In this document: positions 9,247-21,484 of the stretch, one piece after another
How the letters are laid out: each line of letters begins with the position of its first letter
How positions within the stretch are numbered: the first letter of the stretch is position 1
Source: Candidatus Uhrbacteria bacterium
GTDB taxonomy: Bacteria > Patescibacteriota > Patescibacteriia > 2-12-FULL-60-25
Direction: 5' to 3'
NCBI GenBank assembly: GCA_027330985.1
Contig: DAHVZI010000002.1
Coordinates: forward strand, 75,162 to 139,161
Length of the DNA: 64,000 nt
The notes under the pieces: model-generated
What the model saw: only the letters and a program-made list of their open reading frames with translations
Database searches by the model: none
What the model was told of the DNA's origin: nothing
Program-made: the position numbers and the translations under genes

Positions 9247-10299
9247 ATGGAGGCAAAAAAACGTTCTTTAGCTATTTTAGGAGGCGCTTTGGGGATTCTG
9301 AGCGTGGTTTTCGCCTCACCGGCGAATGCTGCGGATTTTGACGTCAGCATGTCGTCGGATAACCTGTCTTTCGCGCCAGCCGACATCTTCGTGGGGACAC
9401 AGGCAAAAATCTACGCATCGGTCAGCAATAATGGGGATCAGGATGTCGAGGGCCAGGTCTATTTCTTCGACGGGACCACGCTCGTCGGCACTAAGCCGTT
9501 CTCGGCCAAAGCGCATGGCAAGGCAGAAGACGTCTGGTTCTCGTGGCGACCGGAGACACAGGGCACGCATGACTTAGGATTCAAGGCCGTGAATGATCCC
9601 GGATTTCCGGAAGCGACGCCGATGGACAATGCGGCTTTCGAGGACAAGTTCGTGGATCTTGATACCGACGGAGATGGCATCGGAAATGCGGTCGACCCGG
9701 ATGACGATAACGACGGCGTGCCGGATAGCCAGGATCAGTTTCCATTGGATCCGTCGCGCTCGATCGATACCGACCATGACGGTCAGGACGATTCGATAGA
9801 TTCGGATGACGATAACGACGGCCTGTATGATTTCCAGGAGCAGGCGATGGGTACGGATCCGTTGAAATATGATACGGATGGCGATGGAGTAGGCGATAAG
9901 GAGGATGCCTTTCCGTTGGATCCGAAAAAGTCGGTGGTCGAGGTGCCTGAAGTGAAGCTGGCAGCAGCTCCGTCTCCTGCGCGACCTCTCGTTCCCGTAG
10001 CGCAAGCCGCTGAGATCGTGAATCAGCCGTCTGCGGTTGATGCGTCATTGGCTTATGCGAAAGCGCCGACTTCAGGGACCCCCGAAGAGGCGATCGCGAC
10101 GGCGACAGAGCAGGCGACGCAGTTTCCGCAAATCACCGGTGCGGCACCAGAGCAGCCGAAGCCCGTGGATGCATCGGCTAAGCTGACCAACAGCGGTTTT
10201 GCCGTGGACAATAATCTGCTCGTGGTCGGATTGCTGGCGGCGGCAGGAGCTTCGTTGTCGGCAGGCGTGTTTTTCCTGATCAAACATTTCAGGGCGTGA
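9247..10299 (+). CDS. Secreted calcium-binding surface protein (signal peptide, CARDB-like N-domain, thrombospondin-type-3-like DxDxDG repeats, C-terminal TM anchor)
   Basis: Signal peptide ending ANA-AD. Multiple DTDGDG / DNDG Asp-rich repeats. C-terminal hydrophobic LLVVGLLAAAGASLSAGVFFLI followed by a KHFRA tail. Confidence 0.6.
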   Translation: MEAKKRSLAILGGALGILSVVFASPANAADFDVSMSSDNLSFAPADIFVGTQAKIYASVSNNGDQDVEGQVYFFDGTTLVGTKPFSAKAHGKAEDVWFSWRPETQGTHDLGFKAVNDPGFPEATPMDNAAFEDKFVDLDTDGDGIGNAVDPDDDNDGVPDSQDQFPLDPSRSIDTDHDGQDDSIDSDDDNDGLYDFQEQAMGTDPLKYDTDGDGVGDKEDAFPLDPKKSVVEVPEVKLAAAPSPARPLVPVAQAAEIVNQPSAVDASLAYAKAPTSGTPEEAIATATEQATQFPQITGAAPEQPKPVDASAKLTNSGFAVDNNLLVVGLLAAAGASLSAGVFFLIKHFRA

Positions 10300-10355
10300 A
10301 GCAGGACATTCAATAAACGAGCGATCCCTCGGCGAGGCGTGCCGAGGGATTCTGT

Positions 10356-11132
10356 TCAGAGGAGGTAGATCTTGTCGCGGTAGTTGTCGAGCTGCTGGTG
10401 CCAGAGGCGGAAGAGGCGTGGCTGGGCGGGCTCGACGACGTACTGCTCCGTGTTGCCTGGGGCGTAGGCGCTGTGCAACGGACTCGGTTGGAAGATGGAG
10501 GTCTTGCTCGAGAGCTCATGGATCGCTTGATTGCCACGAGCGAATTCGCGGAAGAGGTCGCCGATCTCGCGCAACCCGCCCAGGCCGAGGTCAGTCCACG
10601 AGATCACGACACGTCCGAGTTCGTTCGCCGCGATCCGCTTGGCGACGTCAGGCATGTCGGGTGAGAGTTCGACGAGAGCCTTGAACATGCGGAAGTTGGG
10701 TAGGTGGTCGCAGGGCGAAACGAGCGTACCCGAGGCGAGGGGTGTGCAGACGATGCCGCGCTTCGATTGGTCGACGACCAACTGGACCTTGAGTTCGATC
10801 TTCAGATCGAACGGACCTTTGTCTCTTTCGGTCCGACTGAAATTCCAGTAGTTGCTGAGGGCGAAACCGTGCGGTGGTGGATCTTGAGGGTTCGTGTCGA
10901 TGAGCGTGAAGACGTCGCAGTCGGGGCGCTCCTGACGCTTGATGCCGCGTTCTTCCAGCGCCTTGAGCTTGGCCTGGTCGAGTTCGAATGTGGCGAACGC
11001 CTTGGTGATGCTGCGTGTCTTGTCTTCTTGGCCGATCTCGAGTCCGATGAGAGCTGCGGCGCGCTGCATGAGCTCGCTCTGGGTCAGGATGTCTTGGCCG
11101 GGGATGAAATCTGGTTCCACTTGCTTGGGCAT
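10356..11132 (-). CDS. Hypothetical protein
   Basis: 258-aa ORF with no recognisable motif. Co-directional with the next hypothetical gene and gyrB. Confidence 0.4.
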   Translation of the reverse strand: MPKQVEPDFIPGQDILTQSELMQRAAALIGLEIGQEDKTRSITKAFATFELDQAKLKALEERGIKRQERPDCDVFTLIDTNPQDPPPHGFALSNYWNFSRTERDKGPFDLKIELKVQLVVDQSKRGIVCTPLASGTLVSPCDHLPNFRMFKALVELSPDMPDVAKRIAANELGRVVISWTDLGLGGLREIGDLFREFARGNQAIHELSSKTSIFQPSPLHSAYAPGNTEQYVVEPAQPRLFRLWHQQLDNYRDKIYLL

Positions 11133-11261
11133 CGCGAATCCCTCCGTGTATGGGGAATGTACGGGGATATCTAAATACAGTGCGCGTAGGAGGTCAAATG
11201 GGTCAGGAGGGAAAGAAAAAGGCGGGCACTAGGCCCGCCATTCCAATTAAATTTTGATTCG

Positions 11262-11675
11262 TCAGACGACGCTGTCGCCACGGTCGTCCAGGATTTGGAT
11301 GATGGCGCGTGAATACCATTTGTATCTAAGTAGGGTCAGATATGCCTCTTCGGCGTCCTTACCGTACTTAGCGAGTTTGGCCGATCTGCTGTCCGCTTTG
11401 ATGAGTTCCGAAAAAGGGATCATGGAGAACGGCCGATCCGTATCCAGGAATAGCTTTTCCGCCTCATCCGCGCCTAGTTTTTCCGTCAGGTACTGCTCGG
11501 TCTGTCGGATGATATCCTCGAAATGTCCGTAGAAAGCCTTAAGCCCCTCGTTGTCCTTGAGGTTGCCGAAATAGATCAGCGGATCGGTGATCTTTTCGTA
11601 TTGTTTCAGTAGTTGCTTAAAGTTAGGATGAGGTTGTCTTGGTTGCGTGGCGAGAGGAGTTTCGGGAGTTCCCAT
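11262..11675 (-). CDS. Hypothetical protein
   Basis: The track ORF starts at a TTG (11687). The first ATG is at 11675, which avoids overlap with the gyrB stop. No recognisable motif. Confidence 0.35.
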   Translation of the reverse strand: MGTPETPLATQPRQPHPNFKQLLKQYEKITDPLIYFGNLKDNEGLKAFYGHFEDIIRQTEQYLTEKLGADEAEKLFLDTDRPFSMIPFSELIKADSRSAKLAKYGKDAEEAYLTLLRYKWYSRAIIQILDDRGDSVV

Positions 11676-11683
11676 AAGTGGAA

Positions 11684-13889
<2,206 letters not shown>

Positions 13890-13965
13890 GAAGGGAGGTG
13901 CAGAGACCTGCGGGGCTCGACTAAAAGCTGTTGTGTGGCTATGTGCATTGCTTTATGATGGCCTC

Positions 13966-15429
13966 ATGCAAGACTATTTTTTATCCGATGAGGGGAAAAA
14001 ACTTTCGTTGTCCCATAAAGAGGTCAATGTCAGCGGATTCACCATTTCAGTCAATATCTGGGGTTGGATCAGTCCGTGGTTAGGGGCCGTCTGCAAAGTC
14101 GGTTCTTTCGGGACCACGGCGAGCCTTTTCAGGGGCAATGACATGGATTTCTACATCGAGAGAGGACGGTTGATTATGGCTCATAACGAGGTCTGTCGTC
14201 AGGCGGAAAGCGGTGATTTGCCCTTGGACTCATCCATCGCTGAATCGCTTACATTGGGCGAGAGCATCGTCTCTACGGTCCTTTCGAACCATGGAAAAGC
14301 GGAAGACCTGAAGCCAGAAGAGGTGGTCGAAATAATCACTGCTTTGTTCGGGTATGCGCGCAAGCTCTGCTCTTTCGGTTACATCGCACCCTTGTCGGAT
14401 TGGCCCGAGGAATATATGACGCCACGCATCGATGCGATCATGCAGGCGAAATGCCCGAGCGATAGGGCGGCGACGCGCTTGTTGTTGACTAGTCCGACGA
14501 TGGAAAAGTATTCCGATATCGCCAGAATCGAGCTGTGCCGAGCAGTGCTGGGTGACGAGGATCTTACCGGATGGTTAAAGAAATGGTTTTGGTTAGACTT
14601 CGGCCACATCGGGAAAGTGCTGACGAAAGAAATGTTGCCAGAGAAATATCCTCAGATATTTCTCACAAAGGAAGAAGCGGAGATTGAGCTGAAAAGAATC
14701 CAATCGGCCGCAGCCGATACTGCCAAGAGGCAGGATGAGTTATTCGTTGGATTGGGTCTCGACGATAGCGAGAAGAATGTTTTCATCCTGGCGCAGAAAT
14801 TCGCTTTCCTGAAAGGGTATCGTATGGAAGTGCTTTCTTGCGTCAATGCTTTTTTCGACGAAGTCTTTTCCTGCTATGCGAAAAAATTCGGTTGGGACAA
14901 AGACGTGTTCCTTTTCTCTACACTAGATGAAGTCTGCGGCTATCTGGTAGGCGGCCATACGGACCAAGATGTTGTCCTTAAAAGAAAGAATGATTCAATC
15001 TGGATATTAGATAATGAGGAGGATGGCTTGATCATCCTGCAAGGTGAAGACGCGGAAAGATTCAGGAAAAACCGTCTGTTGGTCGAAGTCGAGGCCATGA
15101 AGTCTGACTTGATCAAAGGGAATACGGCTTTTCCGGGTGTCGTGAAGGGCAAGGTCAAGATCGTGATTAACGCGTCAGATCTGAATAAGGTCGAGGACGG
15201 AGATATCCTGGTCGCCGTGCAGACTACGCCGGAATTGTTGCCTGGAATGAAGAAAGCGGCGGCTTTCGTGACGGATATAGGAGGCATCACTTCGCATGCC
15301 GCTATCGTATCCCGTGAGTTGAAGAAGCCTTGCGTCGTAGGAACGAAGAATGCGACCAAAGTGTTGAAGGACGGCGATACGGTCAAAGTCGATGCCGACC
15401 ACGGCTACATCTTGTTGCAGGAAAGCTGA
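13966..15429 (+). CDS. PEP-utilising enzyme mobile (swivel phosphohistidine) domain protein, partial paralogue of PEP synthase
   Basis: C-terminal 80 aa carry GGITSHAAIVSRELKKPCVVG, the swivel-domain signature. The N-terminal 400 aa are unrecognised. The track ORF begins at a TTG (13888) inside the inverted repeat, so I used the first ATG (MQDYF) instead. Confidence 0.6.
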   Translation: MQDYFLSDEGKKLSLSHKEVNVSGFTISVNIWGWISPWLGAVCKVGSFGTTASLFRGNDMDFYIERGRLIMAHNEVCRQAESGDLPLDSSIAESLTLGESIVSTVLSNHGKAEDLKPEEVVEIITALFGYARKLCSFGYIAPLSDWPEEYMTPRIDAIMQAKCPSDRAATRLLLTSPTMEKYSDIARIELCRAVLGDEDLTGWLKKWFWLDFGHIGKVLTKEMLPEKYPQIFLTKEEAEIELKRIQSAAADTAKRQDELFVGLGLDDSEKNVFILAQKFAFLKGYRMEVLSCVNAFFDEVFSCYAKKFGWDKDVFLFSTLDEVCGYLVGGHTDQDVVLKRKNDSIWILDNEEDGLIILQGEDAERFRKNRLLVEVEAMKSDLIKGNTAFPGVVKGKVKIVINASDLNKVEDGDILVAVQTTPELLPGMKKAAAFVTDIGGITSHAAIVSRELKKPCVVGTKNATKVLKDGDTVKVDADHGYILLQES

Positions 15430-15465
15430 CCGAAGGTATCGCACAGGGCCGCGGCGTGATAAACT

Positions 15466-16359
15466 ATGGCCAATATGGCAACCGAAGAAGTACCGATTGG
15501 CGGTTTTACCCAGGGCGAGCTGCAGATGGCGTCTTGGTGGGTGCGTAATCATCTGATGCTGCGCAAACTTGGTTATGGGACGCTGATCGGTCTGGCGGTG
15601 TTGCTGTGGGGCTATTCTTTGTGGGGAGTGTTGGATGCTTATGCGATCTCTTATCCTCGCGAATCAAGGATTACGCACGACATAGCGGTCAACCAGCAAC
15701 TTTTGGCGGCTTTGGAGCAGGATATGCCGCAGGGCATCTCTTTGTCCGACGTCACCGTGCTGCAGACGACGGATAACCGATTCGACATGGAAGTCGAGGC
15801 GACGAATCCTAACGGGCAGTGGTGGGCGGAATTCGATTACCGTTTCAACCTTTCGGGAGAAGAGACCCCGTTGAGGCGCGGCTATGTCTTACCAGGCAGC
15901 TCAGAGCATCTGACGGAGTTGGGTTATAAACCGGAGACACGCGGGGGCAAATCCGCTGCCTTGGAAGTCGAGAATATGCACTGGCATCGTCTGGACAGGA
16001 CGATGGTCCCGGGCGATTACCAGGATTTCGCGGCGCAACGCCTCAAACTGAACTTCAACAACATCAGTTATCTACCGGATATAGAGTTGGGGACGAAGAA
16101 AGTCGGGGAGACTAATTTTGAGCTTGAGAATGCCGGTGCTTATGGTTTCTGGGGTGTCGATCTTTTCATCCGTCTATATCGGGGGACATCGGTCATCGGT
16201 CTGCAGCAGATCAGAGCCACCAACCTATCACCAGGCGAGAAGCGCGATATGCAAGTGATTTGGCCGGAAAGCCCACCTGGCGTGACCAAGACGGAGATAA
16301 TCCCGCAAGTGAATCTATTGGATCCGTCCGTCTTCTTGCCGACGGAATACTTCAAGTGA
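15466..16359 (+). CDS. Hypothetical membrane protein (single N-proximal TM helix, large extracytoplasmic domain)
   Basis: 297-aa ORF with TM segment LGYGTLIGLAVLLWGYSLWGVL. Sits immediately upstream of ftsW. Confidence 0.4.
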   Translation: MANMATEEVPIGGFTQGELQMASWWVRNHLMLRKLGYGTLIGLAVLLWGYSLWGVLDAYAISYPRESRITHDIAVNQQLLAALEQDMPQGISLSDVTVLQTTDNRFDMEVEATNPNGQWWAEFDYRFNLSGEETPLRRGYVLPGSSEHLTELGYKPETRGGKSAALEVENMHWHRLDRTMVPGDYQDFAAQRLKLNFNNISYLPDIELGTKKVGETNFELENAGAYGFWGVDLFIRLYRGTSVIGLQQIRATNLSPGEKRDMQVIWPESPPGVTKTEIIPQVNLLDPSVFLPTEYFK

Positions 16360-16404
16360 TAAGCGCTTTTCCATCTTTTTCGATATTGTGGCAAGCTGTG
16401 GGAC

Positions 16405-17508
16405 ATGGATAGGTGGCTGAAAGTCTTTTCGCGTTACGATTGGCCTCTGATGTTCACGTCTTTGATGCTCGTGGTCATCGGTTTTTTGTCTATCTACGGC
16501 ATCAACCTGTCGCAGGCGACGGATTTTTTCCAATTCAAGAAACAGCTCCTGGCCGTCGGACTGGGGCTCGTCGCCATGGTCGCCATCTCTTACCTCGACT
16601 ATCGCCACATCATGATGTCGGGTTGGTTGATCTACATCATAGGTTTTATCTTGCTCCTCTTGGCGCTGGTCGTCGGTAAGAGCGCGCATGGCGGAGGTCG
16701 CTGGTTCGTCTTGGGATCGTTGTCGTTCCAGCCGGTGGAATTGGCGAAGGTCACGATGGCGATTTTCTTGGCGTCATACTTTTCGCGGCATTCGCATAAG
16801 CGGTTGACTTGGACCATCTTCATCGGTAGCGTCTTGGCCTTGTTGGGCTATCTGATTCCGGTATTGTTGCAGCCGGATTTCGGTTCGGGCATGGTGCTGC
16901 TTGCCATCTGGGGCGCGACGGTCGTGTTCTGCGGTTTGCCGAGGCGAGCTTGGTGGATCCTGCTCATCATCGCGGCGCTAAGCTCGACGTTGCTGTGGAA
17001 TTTCGGCCTGAAGCCGTATCAGCGCGATAGGCTGATGTCATTCGTGAACCCGGCGGCTGATCCGCTGGGTGCGGCGTATAACGTGACTCAAGCCAGGATC
17101 GCCATCGGTTCCGGAGGATTCTTCGGTAAGGGCATCGGAGAAGGTTCGCAGGCGCGTCTACGCTTCCTGCCTGAAGCGTCGACTGACTTCATGTTCGCAG
17201 TGGTCGGGGAGGAACTTGGTTTCCTTGGACTGTTTTTGGTGCTCGGACTTTTCGGTTATGTCATGTGGCGGATATTGAGGATAGGGATGCAGAGCTCGGA
17301 TGCATTCGGCGGTATCCTGGCGGTCGCATTCTGCGCTTTCATCTCGTTCCATCTGTTGGTCAATGCAGGAATGAATCTGGGATTGATGCCGGTGACCGGA
17401 ATACCTTTGCCGTTTCTTTCCGCGGCGGCTTCGTCCATCGTGATAATGTTCGTCGTCATCGGGTTGGTGCAGTCGGTTGCGGTACATGGACGAAAAAGCG
17501 GGGCGTGA
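16405..17508 (+). CDS. ftsW: SEDS-family peptidoglycan glycosyltransferase FtsW/RodA
   Basis: 367 aa, polytopic. Conserved SEDS blocks are present (SFQPVELAKV, TDFMFAVVGEELGF, GLMPVTGIPLPF). Confidence 0.85.
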   Translation: MDRWLKVFSRYDWPLMFTSLMLVVIGFLSIYGINLSQATDFFQFKKQLLAVGLGLVAMVAISYLDYRHIMMSGWLIYIIGFILLLLALVVGKSAHGGGRWFVLGSLSFQPVELAKVTMAIFLASYFSRHSHKRLTWTIFIGSVLALLGYLIPVLLQPDFGSGMVLLAIWGATVVFCGLPRRAWWILLIIAALSSTLLWNFGLKPYQRDRLMSFVNPAADPLGAAYNVTQARIAIGSGGFFGKGIGEGSQARLRFLPEASTDFMFAVVGEELGFLGLFLVLGLFGYVMWRILRIGMQSSDAFGGILAVAFCAFISFHLLVNAGMNLGLMPVTGIPLPFLSAAASSIVIMFVVIGLVQSVAVHGRKSGA

Positions 17509-17619
17509 ATCCAGCTGACATGTTTCAGCCGCTGCGGGGCGGACACATCTTCGCGACATAGCTTTCCATTAGATACATCGGAAGTGGAAAGAAAATTGAT
17601 GGTGAGGTAGGATTGATTA

Positions 17620-17958
17620 ATGGATAATTTAAGCCCAAACAAGATCGTCGGACACTGCCCGTTATGCCAAGCGGCTTATGACCAATCGGTCGTGAGATTG
17701 TTGGGGCAGAGCGGATCAGCCCGCCTGTTCCATTGCACATGCCAATCATGCGGACATGCCGTCTTGGCCGTCGTCGTAGAGTCTTTGGGCGCGGTGAGTT
17801 CGGTCGGTATGTTGACGGATCTGGAGGCTGGCGACGCCTTACGTTTCAGCTCGCGTGAGCCGGTTTCGGCCGATGAGTGTCTGGCTATCCATTCAGCTTT
17901 AGGCAAAAGCCGTGAATTTTGCGCATTATTGCTTGACAAGAAAGCGGGTATAAAGTAA
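17620..17958 (+). CDS. Hypothetical zinc-ribbon protein
   Basis: 112 aa with CPLC...CTCQSC cysteine pairs. Confidence 0.3.
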   Translation: MDNLSPNKIVGHCPLCQAAYDQSVVRLLGQSGSARLFHCTCQSCGHAVLAVVVESLGAVSSVGMLTDLEAGDALRFSSREPVSADECLAIHSALGKSREFCALLLDKKAGIK

Positions 17959-17998
17959 GCTTCGGCCACCATTTTACTTGTCCCAAGAACCAAAGAAT

Positions 17999-18676
17999 AT
18001 GCCATATTCACTGACAGCAAGCACACGCAACGCGACAGGAAGGCGTGCAAAGACGCTATTAGCCGACGGAAAGGTCCCGGCGGTCATGTACGGACACGGT
18101 TCCGAGGCTTCGAATTTGGAGCTGAATGCCGGAGAGTTCCGCCGTATCCTCAAGACAGCGGGTACTTCGTCTTTGATCGACCTCGAACTTGAAGGCAAGC
18201 CGTTGCAGAAAGTTTTGATAAAGGACGTGCAGGTAGAGCCGATAACCATGGAACCTGTGCACGTGGATCTGTATCAGATCCGCATGGACGAAGAGCTCGA
18301 AGTCGAGGTGCCGATCAAACTGGTCGGAGAATCCCCGGCGGTCAAAGGCCTGGGCGGTACGTTGGTCCAGAGCTTGGACGAAGTCACGGTCAAATGTCTT
18401 CCGGGCGATCTGCCGCATGAGATCGAGATAAACTTGGATAAGCTGGTCACTTTCGAGGATTCCATCGCCGTCAGCGACATAGTGGTCCCGAAGGGCGTAA
18501 CCATCATGGATGATCCCAATGGCACCATCGCGACGGTCGAAGCTCCGTTGACCGAGGAACAGCAGAAGAAACTTGAAGAAGGCGAGACGGCCGACGTCAG
18601 CGCAATCAAGACCGAAGCCGAAGAGAAGAAGGCTGCGGAGGAAGCTAAGGCAGCTGAAGAAGCAAAAACCGAATAA
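17999..18676 (+). CDS. rplY: 50S ribosomal protein L25 / general stress protein Ctc
   Basis: L25 homology from MPYSLTASTRNATGRRAKTLLADGKVPAVMYG. Acidic C-terminal tail with a lysine-rich repeat (EEAKAAEEAK). The track ORF starts 21 nt earlier. Confidence 0.8.
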   Translation: MPYSLTASTRNATGRRAKTLLADGKVPAVMYGHGSEASNLELNAGEFRRILKTAGTSSLIDLELEGKPLQKVLIKDVQVEPITMEPVHVDLYQIRMDEELEVEVPIKLVGESPAVKGLGGTLVQSLDEVTVKCLPGDLPHEIEINLDKLVTFEDSIAVSDIVVPKGVTIMDDPNGTIATVEAPLTEEQQKKLEEGETADVSAIKTEAEEKKAAEEAKAAEEAKTE

Positions 18677-18958
18677 GTCCAAGACTTCCATTTTTGGCGC
18701 ATTACTTTGTCGAAATCTCCGTTTTTCGTTCGTCGCCTGCCTGCCGGCAGGCAGGTACGCTCAAGTACGCCCCCGCCCGCAACGCCTGAGCATAGCGATG
18801 GCGGGCAGGTCACGAAAATACTCGATTTCTTCGCGTACTGCTTCCATAAATGGAAGTCTTTTGTTCAAGCTAGACAGTTTCGGTATGACTGGTCGAAGAA
18901 ATGAAATCTAGACCCTTTTAGTTTGGCGCGTTAGGGTTATAATGGGTAATACAACAAC

Positions 18959-20104
18959 ATGGACGAGAACTCACGCAAAATAAAGATCCCGATCGAGGTC
19001 TTCCTGAAACGCTCCTGGCCCATATTGGCGCTGGGCGCTGTCTTATTGGTCTTCGCCATCAGCGCCTTGGTCTGGTTCGCGGTCTCGGGCAAGGGCAGAC
19101 GGACGGCATCGGCGACCTCCACCTCCACAGCGGAAGAGGTCATAGAGATGACGACCACGACTGGTGACCTCATACCGCGTTCCTTGGACGGCGTCTTGGT
19201 GACGCCGGAGGAATCGCGCCTGCAGCCTTTCGCCGTGATGGTCGAGAATCATGTCGATGCCCGTCCCATGTTGGGACCGGCTAAGGCGAACCTGGCTTTC
19301 GAGATCCCGGTCGAAGGGGGGATAACGCGTTATCTGCTGTTGTTCGATGCCACGTCGACTGTCGATGCCATCGGTCCGGTACGGAGCGCGCGGCCGTATT
19401 TCGTGGATATCGCTGACGCCTTCAACGCGGTTTATGCGCATGTGGGCGGCAGTCCTGACGCGTTGACCAAAGCCGGTGCCCTCTCCGGTTTCAGGAACCT
19501 GGATGAATTCTCCAGCGGAAAATATTTTTGGCGTTCGACCAAACGTGCGGCGCCGCACAACGTATATACCCGCATGGATCTGTTGCAGTCGGCGGCGGAC
19601 GCCAAGAAATGGTCAACCGGGCACTTCACAGCTTGGCATTATAAGGACGATCTTCAGGCGGAGTCGACGACAGGGTCAGTACGCGGAAGCAGCGACGGAC
19701 CGACTCTTAAATACGGCGGTTCATATAACGTGGCGTGGAAGTACGATAGGCAGAAGAACGTGTATGCAAGATACGAGGCTGGAGCGATCCAGAAGGATCA
19801 GGATGGAGAAGCTGTGACGGCCCACAACGTGATAGTCATGTCTACGGACGGGTCGGTCTTGGACGATGTCGGCAGGTTGCAGATCCGCACGACAGGCAAG
19901 GGATCGGCGACGTTGTATCGCGACGGTAAAGCGGAAAAGATAGTGTGGCGCCGCGCGACGGGCGAGAATTTCAGATGGGAGACAGTCGATGGCTCTGACG
20001 TGATGTTGAACCGCGGAACTACTTGGGTGGAGGTGACGTTGGATCAGAAAGTCTTCGCGACCGACTCGACCTCGGATACGACCGCGACGACTACGACCCA
20101 GTGA
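18959..20104 (+). CDS. DUF3048 (YerB-like) domain lipoprotein/membrane protein
   Basis: 381 aa. N-terminal TM, Thr/Ser linker, then MVENHVDARP...VEGGITRYLLLF, typical of DUF3048. Confidence 0.5.
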   Translation: MDENSRKIKIPIEVFLKRSWPILALGAVLLVFAISALVWFAVSGKGRRTASATSTSTAEEVIEMTTTTGDLIPRSLDGVLVTPEESRLQPFAVMVENHVDARPMLGPAKANLAFEIPVEGGITRYLLLFDATSTVDAIGPVRSARPYFVDIADAFNAVYAHVGGSPDALTKAGALSGFRNLDEFSSGKYFWRSTKRAAPHNVYTRMDLLQSAADAKKWSTGHFTAWHYKDDLQAESTTGSVRGSSDGPTLKYGGSYNVAWKYDRQKNVYARYEAGAIQKDQDGEAVTAHNVIVMSTDGSVLDDVGRLQIRTTGKGSATLYRDGKAEKIVWRRATGENFRWETVDGSDVMLNRGTTWVEVTLDQKVFATDSTSDTTATTTTQ

Positions 20105-20164
20105 TTTTTCAGATGAGCAGATGACACCGAGTGATTGCCACGCATACCTCTCTTGGGTTAAGAT

Positions 20165-21484
20165 TTGCTTATGACTAAAAACAAAAAAGAACGTTCATAT
20201 CTGGTGACCGGCGGTAAACCGCTAAAAGGGACAGTGAGGGTAGCGGGTGCTAAGAATGCCGCCACCAAAGAGTTGGTCGCCGCTTTGTTGACCGACGAAA
20301 AAGTAGTCTTGTCGAACGTACCTGATATCGGTGATGTGGCCGTGACGATCGAGATGCTTGAGGATCTGGGCGTAAAGATCAGCCGTAAAGCAGATCAGGT
20401 GACCTTGGATGCGAGCAAGCTGAAGAACTCGCGCGTGTCTGAAGCGTTCAGCGGCAAGAATCGTATACCCATCTTGTTCCTGGGTCCCTTGCTGCATCGT
20501 TTCGGCGAAGCAGCGATCCCATCCTTGGGCGGCTGCAGCATCGGCGGCCGTACTGTCGACTTCCATGTCGAGGCTCTGCAGAAGATGGGCGCCGTGATCT
20601 CTTGCGAGGGGAATACTTACATGGCGCGGACGGCTGGATTGAAAGGCGCAGTCATCGAATTGCCGTATCCTTCCGTCGGAGCCACGGAGAACGTGATCTT
20701 GGCTGCCGTATTGGCTAAGGGCACGACCATCATCAAGAATGCGGCCATCGAACCGGAGATAAAGGATTTGGCCATGCTGCTGCAATCGATGGGCGCCATA
20801 ATCAATCTTGAGGCGAACCGTACGTGGATAATCGAAGGAGTGGAGAAATTGGGCGGCGCGAACCATCGCGTAATCCCGGATCGTATCGAGGCCGCATCTT
20901 TCGCCGTGGCTGCTGCTTTGACCGGAGGAGATGTTTTGATCGAGGAGGCACGCCAAGGCTCGTTGCTGTCTTTCCTGAATGCGATGCGTAAAGTCGGCGT
21001 GCCGTATGAGATCACCGAGAAAGGCGTGCGTTTCATGGGCGCGAAAAAACTCAAACCCATCGTCATCGAGACGGATGTCCATCCGGGATTCATGACCGAC
21101 TGGCAACAGCCTTTCGTGATGTTACTGACGCAGGCGGATGGCGTCTCCATCGTACATGAGACTGTATACGAGAACCGTTTCGGCTATACCGATGCGTTAA
21201 GGCAGATGGGAGCGAACATCCAATTGCATAGCGAGTGTCTCGGTTCGAAACCTTGCCGTTACCAACATCGCGATTATCGGCATAGCGCAGTCATCGTCGG
21301 ACCGACGCCGCTCAAGGCCGCGGATATCCGCATACCCGATCTGCGTGCCGGTTTCAGTTATCTGATCGCAGCGCTTGTCGCACAGGGAAAATCACGCATC
21401 ACCGGCGTCGAGATAATCGAACGCGGATACGAAGACATCATCGGGAAGCTCAAGAAGCTGGGGGCAAAGATCGAGGTGGAGTAG
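20165..21484 (+). CDS. murA: UDP-N-acetylglucosamine 1-carboxyvinyltransferase
   Basis: 439 aa. Alignable throughout with MurA, including the GAKNA start, the catalytic-loop region and KLGAKIE at the C-terminus. Confidence 0.9.
   Translation: MLMTKNKKERSYLVTGGKPLKGTVRVAGAKNAATKELVAALLTDEKVVLSNVPDIGDVAVTIEMLEDLGVKISRKADQVTLDASKLKNSRVSEAFSGKNRIPILFLGPLLHRFGEAAIPSLGGCSIGGRTVDFHVEALQKMGAVISCEGNTYMARTAGLKGAVIELPYPSVGATENVILAAVLAKGTTIIKNAAIEPEIKDLAMLLQSMGAIINLEANRTWIIEGVEKLGGANHRVIPDRIEAASFAVAAALTGGDVLIEEARQGSLLSFLNAMRKVGVPYEITEKGVRFMGAKKLKPIVIETDVHPGFMTDWQQPFVMLLTQADGVSIVHETVYENRFGYTDALRQMGANIQLHSECLGSKPCRYQHRDYRHSAVIVGPTPLKAADIRIPDLRAGFSYLIAALVAQGKSRITGVEIIERGYEDIIGKLKKLGAKIEVE

Noticed and set aside
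20222-21106. 294-aa minus-strand ORF
   Set aside because: Antisense to murA.
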